A DNA stretch of 63,126 nucleotides, the filler included, from Klebsormidium nitens (lineage: Eukaryota; Plantae; Klebsormidiophyceae), in NCBI GenBank assembly GCA_000708835.1. It is 8 parts of 8 records of this genome, joined end to end, with 100 filler letters (N's around TTAATTAATTAA, not from the genome) between each part and the next. Parts side by side here need not be neighbours in the genome. Positions count along the whole stretch, not along the records: positions 5,801 to 22,346 come from DF237990.1; positions 22,447 to 29,826 come from DF238295.1; positions 29,927 to 37,635 come from DF238281.1; 5 more parts are not named here. One strand, 5' to 3'. Positions 17,801 through 30,271 of this stretch are shown here, piece after piece; the stretch's first letter is position 1, and each line of letters opens with the position of its first letter. The notes under the pieces are model-generated. The model did not search any database, had not been told where the DNA came from, and was given only the letters and a program-made list of their open reading frames with translations. The position numbers were made by a program, and so were the translations under genes.

Positions 17801-20767
17801 CAGCAGTGGTGGCGGGGGCGTGTGACCGGCTATTCTTTGACTTCTGACAAAGGAGAGCTCTTCCCGCATTACAAGGTGCGTTCCAGGATTGCAAGCATTG
17901 ATGCCCTGCTTTTGCAAGTCAGGATTCAACTCCGAGACCTGCTCTGCCTGCAAGGCCTCCGGGTGACAATGCGCAGACAGTACGATGAAATCCGAAACAC
18001 TTTCCTTTAGCAGGTCGAGTATCCCGGGGACGAACAGCGCGAGGATATGACCTGGCGCGACCTCTGCAACCGGCTGAATCCACTGGAGGTAAGGACACAT
18101 CCAAGGGAAGCAAGGGAACGGCGTCAGAAGCTTTGCATCAATGGCTGGGTCCTCTCTGGTATTGATTGCATCTTTTACTTAGCAAGGGCCGGCATTAGAC
18201 GCTAAGTCAAGCGGTCCCAGGGTGTCCCTCAAGCGCACCCTTCCTTGCAGGAGGGTGACGATCAGGATTGGGGCCCGCATCCACGTGAGTGGTCCCCCCC
18301 GGGCTGGCGAGACGGCGCCTCAAGGGTCGAGACAACGGCACCCTCTGCCGCGAACCAAGACGTTCTCGCAGACCACCATCAGAAGCCCTGGCCCACCTGC
18401 CCCATCTGCAAGGAGTTCCCAGAGGCCCTCTACATCGACTGCAGGGAGGCGCACATGAAGCACATATACAAAGACCCCCATACTGGGGCCTACGTCAACG
18501 TCCTGCCCATCATCTACCCCTTTGCCAACAGGGTCGCAGCACTGGACATCAACCCCTACAGAGCGGATTGCTGCTGTCACAGGCCGAAGCAGACAAGCGA
18601 CAACAGCTCCATTATGGGTGCTCCAAAGGTCGTAGCAGGGGCGCAGTTGCGGAAGCTCCTGAAGCAGTGGAGCGGACACATTCCGGTGTCGATGAAGTAC
18701 GAGCGGGGGAAGAAGGAAGCAGTGCCCATCCCTGTCCCTGATGCCCAGCCTAAGCCTCTAAGTGTGGCGGAACGCGAGGTGCGTTCTCGTTCCTTCTATG
18801 ACTCTGTTAAATTCTTGTGGCAGGCACACTTTCTGTCCCTCTTTCTTCAATTGACTGTAAAGCTTAGACTCTCTTACACACTTGTCCCATCTTAGCACTT
18901 CTCGTACACTTCTGGTCCCCTTTGCTTCATTGACTGCAAAGCTAAGACCCTTGTCCTAAGCAGCACAGAACTGACGAGAGTCATGACCTGAACTCTGCAG
19001 AAGCTCAGCAACCTGGCCCCATGCGTCTACAAACTCGTCGACTACATCGACCGCAACCACGCAAGCCTGTGCCCCAATCCCGCGTACCGAGCCCTGTTCT
19101 ACCACCTGGGCTTCCTGCACAGCGACGCCGAGCTCCTCAGGCACGGTGCTCAGGATACGGTCGTGCAGATCCTGATGACTCTCAAGCTGTCCTCAGGAGC
19201 TCCGCACATAGAGATTGAGTGCGAGTGGGACCAGGCCCTGCATACTTACGCCCCGTGCCTGCAGGCCGTCCTGCTCAGCGGCAAGGACGGCGATCAGAGG
19301 CGCAAAGGGTTCCGGAAGTCTGGGGACACGTGGAAGTCCGGGGAGGTTTGGAAGGGCACCGGCTACAAGGTAAAAGCCCAGCTGCTGTACGCCCTCGCCC
19401 CGCTGCTCCAGCACCTGCTTCGCCTCTCATTCTGGGAGACGGACTACACTGCGAATCACCAAGCGTCCGCGCTGCTGTGCGAGGCCCTGGGGGTGGAGAG
19501 GGGCGAGATCTGCTGGGGGTGTCTCCCTGGGGATCGCGGGTTGCAGCGGGTGGGGAAGGACGTCTACTTCGACAGGGTGGAGGAGCTTGTTGACGAGATC
19601 AGGGAGCTGATGTCGGGGCCGTGCCGGGGCACCTCGGACGGGATCCTTGCAGGGGAGGCCTACGTTGCCAACCAGCACCGGCTCAGCTCCAGCAATGTCT
19701 ACCACCGGGTATTCCGCGACGTCCCGCAATACGCAGGGAAGGATAGAGCTAACGGGAAATGCGTGGGTGGTGAGAGGGTCGTCAAGTGCAACGAGGAGAC
19801 TGGCGAGACGACCAGCAATGGCTGCCCAGAGCTGGTCTCAGACGAGGTGCCAGTGAAGGGGGTTCGGCGGCAGGTACGATACAGTGCGCTTTGCCGGTGC
19901 ATTGCAGTGCACGCTCTTGCATGGGAGTCCACAGCTGCCTTTTGCTTCAGCTTCCAGGTGCGTTCATTCATGGTGTAAAGGCACTATCATCAATTGCTTT
20001 TCACATTCAAAGGGCTTTTGCCGCTGTTATCTGTTGTCTCTTTTGACAAAGCACAGCAACTGATAATCTTGTCATTTACCCCTTGCAGAAGGGGGACAGA
20101 AGTGACACGGATGGGGTGATGTTAGTCACGTGCAAGCATTGCTTCGTCTACTATTACCACGTCCTTCTCCGCCACGAGTCTCTGCGTGACGTCTTCACCT
20201 TCCTCGTCACCCGCTTCCAGCACCGGCCTCCCAATTTTATCATCTACGACAACGCTTGTGAATTTGCTCGCTACTGCAGAGCGGTGAGGCATCTAATTTG
20301 ACTTTGTCTCCCGAACCTGTGTCTGTGCAGCCACATCTTTGGACCCTGGTATCAAAAAACAAGTGCTTTCTCTCTCAGCTCACCCAGGGGCTGCTGTAGC
20401 AATACAATGTGTTCAGCCAAGGTTGCTAGCAATCCTTTAAAGCTTCTTTCTTTTGCAGCGCTGGCCAGAGTTCTTTGCTCACACCATGTTCTTGACCGAC
20501 AACTTTCACGGTGTCACCCACAAGTGCTCTGACGAGTTCAAGTACCATGTACACCTTCTGGACAAGGGCCGCGAGTTCCAGGGACTCCCCAATACGTCCG
20601 TCCCCGAGCAGATCAACAGTCTCATGAAGCGCTTTGACAGCACACAAGCTGCCTCCACCATCACCAACGCCATGCTGGTGTACGACTACTTCATCTACCG
20701 GCACAACATGAAGCTGCATGCAGAGTGGTTGGCAAAGCGCTGGGCACAAGGATCAATAGCCGTCTAG
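14836..20767 (+). mobile_element. KDZ (Kyakuja-Dileera-Zisupton) transposase gene, copy 1, multi-exon, with Cys clusters, SWIM finger and Tudor-like domain
   Basis: KDZ core DGVMLVTCKHC..YYHVLLRHESLRD.F..L.TRF..P.FIIYDNACEFARYC / FF.HTMFLTDNFHG.THKC...NTSVPEQINS; CPICKEFPEALYID; SWIM-like CQKCKGEGACKH. Phase-compatible GT-AG introns at 15990-16628, 17876-18013, 18089-18250. Confidence 0.88.
16028..16636 (-). CDS. NCLDV-type PD-(D/E)XK-like endonuclease, 5'-truncated, nested antisense in a KDZ intron
   Basis: YKGYCLRCFVYLFP..KVSKNYKIKE; GGCSFRRADIF...HTVHLECDENQH...SCESKRIMELFQD.G.RP.V.LKFNPDSF; starts with a remnant Cys repeat CKLEEMVNVVSKTC (EsV-1-7-like). Confidence 0.82.
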   Translation of the reverse strand: MSTCKLEEMVNVVSKTCHNNCGTVVNKRYKGYCLRCFVYLFPNEKVSKNYKIKEKHFLDYIQAAGILPDTEEVTFDKRLQGGCSFRRADIFADVYTHTVHLECDENQHSAANYSCESKRIMELFQDAGNRPQVQLKFNPDSFISTDGTKHSGCFKYNKFGVPVISDQATWEARMNVYLERPTYHLTHVPNRGVTIEHFFYDG

Positions 20768-20883
20768 GTGAGTAAAATCATATTGCTGTGTCTTGAGACG
20801 TCATAGTAGAGCGTATTCCCTGTTTGCTGGAGTGTCAACGTTGCTCTTATTATGTCACCTCATCAGATTGCATCATCATTTGT

Positions 20884-22149
20884 CTACAGGGAGGCCAGAT
20901 GAGTCTGCATCTCCTGCCGCCACTCGTCCAGCTTCTTCTGAGAGAAGGGGACCTTCTGTTTCTCGCCCCCCTGCTCCTCTGGGGGCAGATACCTCTTGCG
21001 CTCTTTGGCCCAGTAGAATAGGGCTAGGTAGTCTGGGATCGTAGGCTGACGCCCCTCGTCGAGCAAGTAATCAAACAGACGCTGATCGAAGAGCCCCAAA
21101 CCCTTGTCACGTGCCTCTCTTCCGGCCTTCTGCAATTCGAGAAGGCTCTGTAAGCGTGCAGCATTCTTTTCACGTTTTCCAGCCCATACTCGCTGCTTGG
21201 CTCTCGAGCTATCATCCCAAGTTGCCCTCAGGTCATTGATAAGCCACTCGATCCCAGGGATTGGCGGGCGTGTCCCAGCCACCCTTGGATCGTGGTCAGA
21301 TGGTGCTCTCTGCACAACCACGTCCAATACAGGGATGTTATGCTCGAAAGTAGCCTTGCCCACACGCATGTGCATCCTGTAATCGATGCTTGTCTGGCGC
21401 GGCCGTCCGCCCTGCTCCTTTGGGAGATACCTGAGCCGAAATTGCAAATGATCGCCGTCTCTATCCTGATATATGAACCCCAGCGGTATGCCACACAGCA
21501 CCTTGTGCGCATCTCTAGGCAGGATGTTTTTCCGGGAGTCGATCATCATGGTCACAGTCTTGCCGCATACATGGGTGGTAAGCTCCACCACTGGCTTCGT
21601 GCTCTGCCCGTGCCCAACATAGATCTTCGTATCAATGTTCTTTGAGGTTTTGATCCTGTTATTGAAGCGCCGCATGGCATCGCCGCCCGTCACAAAGATC
21701 CTGCCCAGTCCTCTCTGTGTCAGCTTGTCGTCGAGTGCAGCAATGACCGCGTTGAGTGAAGGCCTTAATGATTCAATCAGCTGCGCTTCGCCCTCATCCA
21801 GGGCGGCTGTGCCTCCTAGGATATGACTCAAGGCTCGCAGCATCAACCTCTCAATCACTCCTTCGTGCTTCTTTGCAAATTCTGAACCACCAAAGACCTT
21901 TGAGAAGGTGTCCACCAATCCTTGATACCATGCTGCCGCCGCCGTGGGGCCCCGTGTCTGTTCGAGATACCTAGCAATGACCTTGCGCCTGATGTCATCT
22001 ATGTTGAATCCTTTCTCCTTGCGCTTTGACTTGATGAGTTCCAGAAAGGTCACAATCCCTTCCAAGTTTAAGAAAGGGCCATCTGAGTAGGCTGCTTGGA
22101 AAGGGGCTTTCAAAGATGGGTTTCCCAGGTTGACAACCTGCACTTCAAT
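20884..22149 (-). CDS. Pol-beta-superfamily nucleotidyltransferase, NCLDV poly(A)-polymerase-like; 5' end cut by an insertion
   Basis: RIFVTGGDAMRRFNNRIKTSKNIDTKIY (hGG..x.D.D motif, first Asp is Asn), PVLDVVV, and C-terminal GKREKNAARLQSL. Intronless. Confidence 0.65.
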   Translation of the reverse strand: MEVQVVNLGNPSLKAPFQAAYSDGPFLNLEGIVTFLELIKSKRKEKGFNIDDIRRKVIARYLEQTRGPTAAAAWYQGLVDTFSKVFGGSEFAKKHEGVIERLMLRALSHILGGTAALDEGEAQLIESLRPSLNAVIAALDDKLTQRGLGRIFVTGGDAMRRFNNRIKTSKNIDTKIYVGHGQSTKPVVELTTHVCGKTVTMMIDSRKNILPRDAHKVLCGIPLGFIYQDRDGDHLQFRLRYLPKEQGGRPRQTSIDYRMHMRVGKATFEHNIPVLDVVVQRAPSDHDPRVAGTRPPIPGIEWLINDLRATWDDSSRAKQRVWAGKREKNAARLQSLLELQKAGREARDKGLGLFDQRLFDYLLDEGRQPTIPDYLALFYWAKERKRYLPPEEQGGEKQKVPFSQKKLDEWRQEMQTHLASL

Positions 22150-22346
22150 TGTAACGGCACGACTGCGCACCGACTTCTGGCTGCGCGCCAAACTCGCGGC
22201 CGCGCATCGTCCGTTATTATACGCTATCGACTTATTTGATATATCGAATCACTACACGACACGTGTCTGGGTTACTGCTTCACCGCGTGACCGTCCGATA
22301 AGACCCACGTGCACCGCGCGCCTGGAAACCGTCCGATAAGCTTTTT
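22150..22346 (-). mobile_element. End B of the TGTAACG-terminated element
   Basis: 22150-22307 is the reverse complement of 56997-57145; identity ends at TGTAACG; internal direct repeat ACCGTCCGATAAG. Confidence 0.8.
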
Positions 22347-25300
22347 NNNNNNNNNNNNNNNNNNNNNNNNNNNNNNNNNNNNNNNNNNNNTTAATTAATT
22401 AANNNNNNNNNNNNNNNNNNNNNNNNNNNNNNNNNNNNNNNNNNNNGGGGCCTTCCTACGCTGCTCCGGCCGCGGGTGCGCGCGCTCTGCTTCCTCCGGC
22501 ACGCCGCTGGTCCGGCATGGCAGGTGTAAAACGCCATTGAAGCAAGAAGCTCGAAACTCTTTTCTTCCTCACGATGACAGGCCCCGTTTTACTACGATGT
22601 CCCTAGCATGCTAGTACCAAATTTGTCACGAGTTGAAGTCTAGTTTTCTACAAACAAGTCCTTTCCAGTCCATCACCTTAAAGTCTGTCATCACTGACCG
22701 TCGATGATCGATACATGCATTTTCGATCGTACGGTACAGCTCCAGCGCTGTCCAAGTACTAGAACAGCCGGTCGGAACCTACCAGGTACCCTGCGGGTCA
22801 GATTGCCTAGGAGTAAGTGCTACATCAGATTAAACGTAGCTAGCGCCACGTCATGTGCCATATGGAATAGGTTCCGAAATTCACCATGCAGTTTGCTGTT
22901 GAGTGAGTCCCAATGAAACTTGTATCGGATCGGGCAATCACCTATCTTTCGGAGGCCGATGGAGGTCGGCCCGAAAATGGAATTTTGCACGTCACACTGA
23001 CCGGATATCGAGGTAGAACCTCAAAAAAACCTTTGTTCGCGAGTCGCGCCGTAGCTGTCTCGTGCACCCTTACGAGCACTAGAAGAGTGCAGTGCAGCTA
23101 TCACTTCTCTCTTAGAGTCACAAAGAACCGACCCCGTTCCCAGCACACCCGCTCCAACACCGCCCCCCTTTTGCGCCGTTGCCTATCCAACCGTCACCGG
23201 CGCTCCTGACACCGGCCTTGCTCAAAGAGCTGGGCGCCCCTCCGCTGCAGTATGCGTCTCCGCCCGCACCTTTCAAGAGCTCACCTCCCTTTGTTCCCCT
23301 ATCCTTGCCCACTTGGCCTTGTGCAATGCCGCGCCCACCGGCTCGGCGAGAATTGGTTGCACCTGGCAACCCGCTGTCCACATCACTGCAGCCGCCCATG
23401 CTCGTGTCCTTGCCCCTTGCAGCATGCGCACGTGAGCTCTCGTCATCGGAGTCCACTAGCTCGATGACGATATGTGGTGCTGGAATCCAACAGAAGTGCC
23501 GTCAATTGATGGTGGTAAGAAGCAAAATGGATGCCACAACAACTTGCATAGGCTGTTTAGATTTTTACGAGCTCCAAGCACGTCACAGGTTTTTTGAGAG
23601 GTGTGAAAGTAACGACCCTCAGGATGATCTGCAATTCCAACAGCTGAGATCCTGTTGCATACGACAAGTATCACCTGCCACCGAGTACGACCTCACTGAA
23701 ATCTATGCATCATGTTACTGAAATTTACAAATATTGTTATGTGTGCACAAGAGACAAGGGGACGCACCGTGCAAGGGAGGGTGCGAGGTGGAGGCTGTGC
23801 GGAACTGGCTGCGGTATTGGCTGCGTGCCCTAGATCAGCATGCTACGTGCCCAGCAGCCCCTCGAGCCGCTGCATGTCCAGCAGCTGCTGCCTCTGCACA
23901 GCCAACCAACTTTCTAGTCAGTTGCAACCCTTCTTGCAACATTCCTTGCATGTGAGATCCCACAAAGCTCACACCGTTTCCAAAAGATTTTCAAGCCACA
24001 ACTGCGCACTCTACATGGCAAGCAGAGTAGGTGCTTCACGATCCGGGATGGTCCTCACACCATTATGAAACAAGCCAGCAAAGAGTGCACACCGTGAATT
24101 TCATCTTGCCAGATTCTCCCTTGACATAGATTGTGACGTACGCTTGAATTTTGGTGCGCAAGTTGACCGATCGGCTGCTCTCTGTCTCCGATGCTCTGCA
24201 AATGGGGGAGATGCGTTCGTGGTTTAGAGCAAACAACGGAGATGCCGTATGCACCAAGATGTCAACTTCATAAAGATGGCAAACAGCGCACAGCAGGCAG
24301 CAGACGACAGTTCCTTGAAAAGGTCTCGTGTGCCTGGCAGGGGACTCCGTTGCACGTTAAATGCTCATTGTTGGAAGCCCAATGAGGTAAGGTGCAACCA
24401 GATTGTTGCGCATGGGGACTTGTGAATGGAGCAGAAGGCAATGAGGACGGGATGAGCGCACGCATTCTGCTGACTTTTGAAGGAGCTTTCGGGGCCCTAT
24501 TCCGGTTCGAGCCATCACCTTGACGTTGTATTTCGGCAGCCTGCTGTTTATCGGGTACTCTGGATACAGGGAGTGCACATTGCAAGAGATTGAGACTGGT
24601 TTTTTGGCGTGTGCATATGGGCGTAGACTGCGCTCCCATGCGAGGCGGTTTTAGTGGCTCCATTTGAAGGGTTGTCGCCTGAACTTCAAGCGTAACACTT
24701 TTCAGCTTCAAATCTAAAAGTGCGATGGATGCATCATTGTGCAATACATGTTTCACCCCTGCTTAGCGAAAGCGCCGAAAGGGGAGCGAAGAGATTGAGG
24801 TACAATGTTTAAGAAAGGATCTTGGAGATCCGCACTAGAATTAAGTTGTTCATAAAAGGATGCGGGCTCAGGAAATCAGAATGTAAAGCTAACCTTTCCA
24901 TTTGTCGAAAGGCGGGGAGAGCGTGCGGTCTCAAAGGTTCCGGCCGCAATGGTGTGAGTGTGAGTGGTAAGGCTGCGACAAGCGGTAGAGGGGTGACATG
25001 CAGCCGAGATGCGTCGGGCGGAAGTGGGCTTTCAAGGGGGCAGCATTGCAAAAGAGGGCGTCGTTAGTGTAGCACAGTCGAACAGGGATTTGAGAAAGGC
25101 AAGGATGGCTCTGTTTCTTTGCGGAGCTGATCCAACGAAAAACGGAGGCGGGGGGTTACTTTTGCGAGAGGCTTGGTGACACCGCTCAAAGCAGTGACAA
25201 AACTCATTGCAGTGCTATGCTTGAGCATAGATCATGGATTGCATGCGATGAAACAGCAAAGCAGCTCGAAAAGCAGCTCTAGTAGGAAGTTTCCTTTTAA

Positions 25301-28300
25301 TAGACATCTGGTTCGACTTAAAAATGGTCAACAATCCATGTATGCCTTATTGCATATCTTGGAACGCATGCGAACAGAGGTGTCGTGGTGCAAGTGCTTT
25401 TATAAATGGTCGGCTACACAGGCAGCACCGGGTGGGTGCGCCGATATATATTTCTTCAGGACTCCGTCACAGCATTGCACAGCTACAAAAGCCTGGCAGT
25501 ATGCCATGGCGAGAGCTGTCCGTGCCAGGTAGTGTGCAGATTGCGACACGTGGCGCCGAAGTGCCACGTGGCAGCGATAAGGCGAGCCGCGGTCTGCTTG
25601 CGAGCCTGGCGCGCGCGCTGCGGATAGGATCAAGGGTTAAGCCACTAGTGTCTGGTTAGTGGTTGGAGATAACCGGACGAGTCTAGGATACGATAAGTAC
25701 TGTAGCCCATGATTGAGACTCAGGCCGGCCAAACACATAAAGCCGAGGAGAGGTGATCCCTTCACTTCTCTTAGGCAAGTCTCCATAGCTAGGCGCATCG
25801 AGCATAGGGCGCTAGTTTTCACTGCGACCGTATTGACAGCAGGATTGTGAACTGTGGCGGAGGTTCTCCTCCTTTCAAGTGAGTGCTGGACGCAGTGTTG
25901 TCAGCTCATGCATTGTGCCGAAGCCTCGAGAAAGGTAAAAGTCACGATGTCCATGAGCATTACATGATCGATGATGTACATGCTGCATGAGAGCGGACAA
26001 GGAGATCTCTGGCACTTGTGACGCCTCCACGCCGCCAACGTGTTCTGCGTGCAAGGGAATCCACACGCCATCAGTGGATAGGCCCGATCGAATAGGGTCA
26101 TTTGTTCATTTTCATCATGTCGCGGGGATCGCGCGGAGTGAAGGATCGAGTAGGCCGTATATAGTCATTGCTGGCAGGGATGGATGTGTATGATTAGGCC
26201 ACGTGGCCGTTCCCAATGCCAGCCGGCAGAGGAGACGAGGCCGCACGGCAAGTATGTCTGGAGCAATCCATTGTAAGTCAACAAGAAGAAGGGAATGCAA
26301 ACGGCCATCACAGCCACACAAGAGCCCTGACCAGAGAATCATGCTCCATAATTTTGAAATTCTAAGCAACCCAGACTGCCCACAGTCCTGAAAGCTGCCC
26401 AAAGGCGTATGCTAGTCTATGTGCTCCACCTGATGAGCCGCACTTGAAAGACGGTTTTCCCCCGCCAAAAGAGAACAGCCCGCAATCCTAAAACAACAGT
26501 GATCAAGCTTCTTACCTGGTTGGTGTGCACACATTGGACACTGGCAGATGCTATTAAATTGCCGAACTTGTTCCCACCATCAAGGTTGACGGTCACGTGC
26601 TTTCGCTTTTGCGTTTGTCTCTACGTTGTCTACAAATCTACAACTTCAATGTTCAGCACATATCGTTTTTTGTGCAAGGAACTTGAGGTTGCCTAGCAAG
26701 AGCAACGTTGTGAGAGAAACTCGAAAGTCCCCACATGCGGCACCACAGTAACCACTAAGCACTGCGCCGCCACCACTGGCACTAGGGCTTTCCTTTGTCT
26801 CTGTTTCATGTCCTTGTTCCACGGCAAACTTTCGACCATTCATATAGATGCAATTATCAACGGTGTTGACGGCAAGATGGGGTTTCAACTTTCTACTGGG
26901 TCGTGTTAGATTTGAGCGGTACTAGCCTTAAGTACGCTCCAATATTCTATGGTATATCGTCCATAGAATCGTAGGTTTGGTGCACAAGGTCGGCCGGACG
27001 ATTGTGAGCTTGCATGATTGAATATCCACCGTAGGTTGTGCGAAAAGTAAACCGTTGGATCGAGTCCATTATGCATGGTCTTTTGCAATGTGAATTTCAG
27101 TGTAGCCGTTCGATTGGTTCTTTTGTAAGCAAAGTCGAATAGGGACCGTCGATTTGTCGATTGAGACACCTAGGGTAATAACCAGGCTTGAGCTAGGCTA
27201 GAAGATTTGGACTCGTGCATCAAAAGAAGCACACTCATTTGTAGTAGTTGTGCTGTTGAAAGGCGCTTGCTTTCAGAGTCTGTTGAGTCCGCAACAATTC
27301 TAGAATTGTGATCGGACGCTTTGAATTTTTTGAAAGCAGCTGTGCGAAACTATTTCGAGTAGTCTGATCGAAGAAGGTTCCGCTTTGAGCCGCGCGCGAC
27401 GTCACTGCACCTCCGAAAATGGTGCTTTTTCAATAGATTCTCGGCATATGGAGGAGTTGTGCTTTCAGGATGTCAGGGCTCCCATTCCTAGCTTATTTGG
27501 CTTTCATGGGGAGCGCCTCAAGTCGAAAGGAACGCGCAGCATTGAAGTGAGAGCAGCACAAAAGCATCAGTTGGATCTTTGGGGATGGAAAGAGAAGTTG
27601 TGTTGCTGCACGAGCAATCAGCTTCTAGTAGAGCCCTTGGATTTTCGAAGGACTGCCCTACTTTTGAGATACGTGTAATGGAAGAGCTCTTCTGATACAA
27701 ATCCGCAGGCTCAGCACACAAGCAACTAGAGCTTGCTGGGAGGGCCACTAAGCTTTGCGTAGAAGGAATAGAATTCGGGATATTAGCCCTTTATGGTATG
27801 GGTGTGTTTGGTAGAAGTGAGGCTTTTTGGTTCCTTGTGGAGAGCCTGGCCCACGCTCCGGCAGCCCGCAGATGCTTTTTCAAACCCTTTGGGCAGTTGC
27901 ACAAAAGGCAAGCACTCTTTAAACAAGCAACCAATGGGTTGCAAATCAATCGCTTAGGCCAGACAATTTGCAGTACCTTCAGCATTGTATTAAACTTCAG
28001 ATTATATTGGATCCAGATCTGGCATGACATCACTTTCTCTTTGCCCCTCTAAAGTTTGCCCTTAAAGAAGCACGTCAGACAGTGATACTGTCTCATAATT
28101 CAGCAATTGTTTGGCATGCATCATTTAAAATGCGCGAATGCATTCTGTGGGACACAAGGCATTTTTTGTGGGCTTCGTTGAGATTTCACTGCAAACAGTA
28201 GGCATTATTGAGTCATGTTCGAGGGCTCGTCTCAAGCCTCCGGGAATGCAAGCTAGTTCGCCGAGCAGAGACAAAGACGCTGATTACAGCGGACTGATTA

Positions 28301-30212
28301 CTGTCATCTCTTTGGATCTAGTCTCGCCACTTGACGTCATATGGACCGTGGGGTCGGGGCCGTCCGGCGGAAAGGTGAAGGGCGGTATGCAGTCTTGCCC
28401 GCATGCACTGCCGAGCCGCCATTGCGTTGCTTGCGTTTGTCCTTGCCTCGTCCTTTGCCAAGTTTGTGTTCTAACGTTGAGAGATACAAATAGGCGCTGC
28501 GCTCTGCTTTGCTACCTACGAATAGCTGACCGGTAGAAATTTCTCGTATTGGTCACATCAAAGTCAAGACGTGTACAACAAGATATCTGGATGCTTAGTT
28601 TCATTGAACATATGATATTTTACGTACCATATATGCGGCAGAGGCGAACTTTGACTCCGTGGACCGGCGGCCGTCAGTTCAACTTTCGGTCAATCCGCAC
28701 CGTCGTTCGGAGTTGTGGTGGTTGCAGTCTCGATTTGAGTTGGCTAGAAGATAGAACTAGCAACTTCGGCATCATGCATACACTCTCGTCATCAAAGCAT
28801 GTACATTCCGAAAATTCCGAGAGAGCAACTATCGGTATTCTAATTGAAACTCTCTAACAATGCTGTAGCGGGTGACTAATCGCTGAGTACCCTAATTCTA
28901 GACATAATTTGCATCCATTTCAGAGAGCTGCATACTCTTCGTTGATTTTTGCGGGATCCTTTTAACGACGACAGCGGCTGAATCATCCCGTTTTCCGTTT
29001 CAGCTTGAAAAGCTTTTCATTCTGCACGAGCAGCGTTGTGCTCTTAAAAACAACATCAAAGTCCAACGCCAGCTAGGCGGACTAGCGGAACTTCAAATCA
29101 AAGCCCTCACAAGCGACTTCGTTCGAAGGTATGATTCAGGCCGGCATGTAACAAGCAGGTTCAGCCTGCCCTTCTTTCTTTTCTGAATTCCCTTATCAAA
29201 AGGCAGAAGGCCAACGAATATACAAAGAATTAGCTGTTGATGTGACATGTGACGTAACAAGCCGTGATCTCTAGAAGGCCAAGTCTAAGATCTTACACTT
29301 GCGTTGAAGAAGCAAAAACCTTGAGGCTCACTCACTACCGAAAAGAGCAGTACATGGAGGAACTCGTGTTTCCGTTATTATAATAGTCAGAAAAACTGGT
29401 AGTGAGCTCTGCAAGTATTGCTTCTATGTGAGAAAGGCACTCTATTTTGGCGCCCCAATTTGGCGAGTCCATGATAATCGCCGGCAGTCAATTCTTGGTT
29501 GACGGCACAATTTTCCTCTGTGTCGAAAATAGAAAATAAAAGAGACTTGACCACGCCAAGCAGCCAACGAAATGATCTGAGCCAGCCATGGCGTTACCTT
29601 TCGACAAGTTCATGGAGGAAATGCTTTTTTGAAGTTAACGGATCCTTTAGCAAAACGCTCCGGACTTTAGCGATCTCTATAAAGATCGAGGAGTCCCTTT
29701 ATACAAGCCTGTTGAGATATGGGCATTTAGGGACCGAATCTCTGGGTGATTCTAGGTTTTTTGGATCACGACGTCGACGGTAATTCGACGGTAAGTAGAA
29801 GTTACGGTTACACGGTTAAATGCGCGNNNNNNNNNNNNNNNNNNNNNNNNNNNNNNNNNNNNNNNNNNNNTTAATTAATTAANNNNNNNNNNNNNNNNNN
29901 NNNNNNNNNNNNNNNNNNNNNNNNNNCTGTTTGTCTCGATTCGTTACTTCACATGACTGCTAGCTGGAGTGGTATGGGACACTCCCCTGTGCAATACTTC
30001 TCGGTAGTATCGCACTTGTCCGGTTAGCTTTGCATGGGCCCCATGCTATATTCCGTTGCCTGCTAATCGATAGTTGACTTGTCTGTAGCTCCACGCTGAG
30101 TTACGCTGACAGTTAGCTGTGGGTTAGTATAACTCTGAGCCATACGGGAGTGGGAACTAGGAGTGGTGTTTATTGTAAACTGCTAGTGGTCCCAACGTTC
30201 CGGTGGTCTTCC

Positions 30213-30223
30213 TGGTATCAGAG
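30213..30223 (+). promoter_or_regulatory. Primer-binding site for tRNA-iMet
   Basis: TGGTATCAGAG, 49 nt before the gag ATG, complementary to the 3' end of plant/algal initiator tRNA. Confidence 0.85.
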
Positions 30224-30271
30224 GGACCGGATTCTTCGAAATTGTTTTGTGCTGAGCTTTAGCAAAGGAAA

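Noticed and set aside
22150-22191. MARSQKSVRSRAVT as the true N-terminus of the nucleotidyltransferase
   Set aside because: These codons come from the inserted element end, which is shared with 56997-57145.
22447-29826. Short ORFs in contig 3
   Set aside because: None has a recognisable motif or a consistent exon chain; treated as non-coding or unannotatable host DNA. No tRNA or rRNA was recognised.
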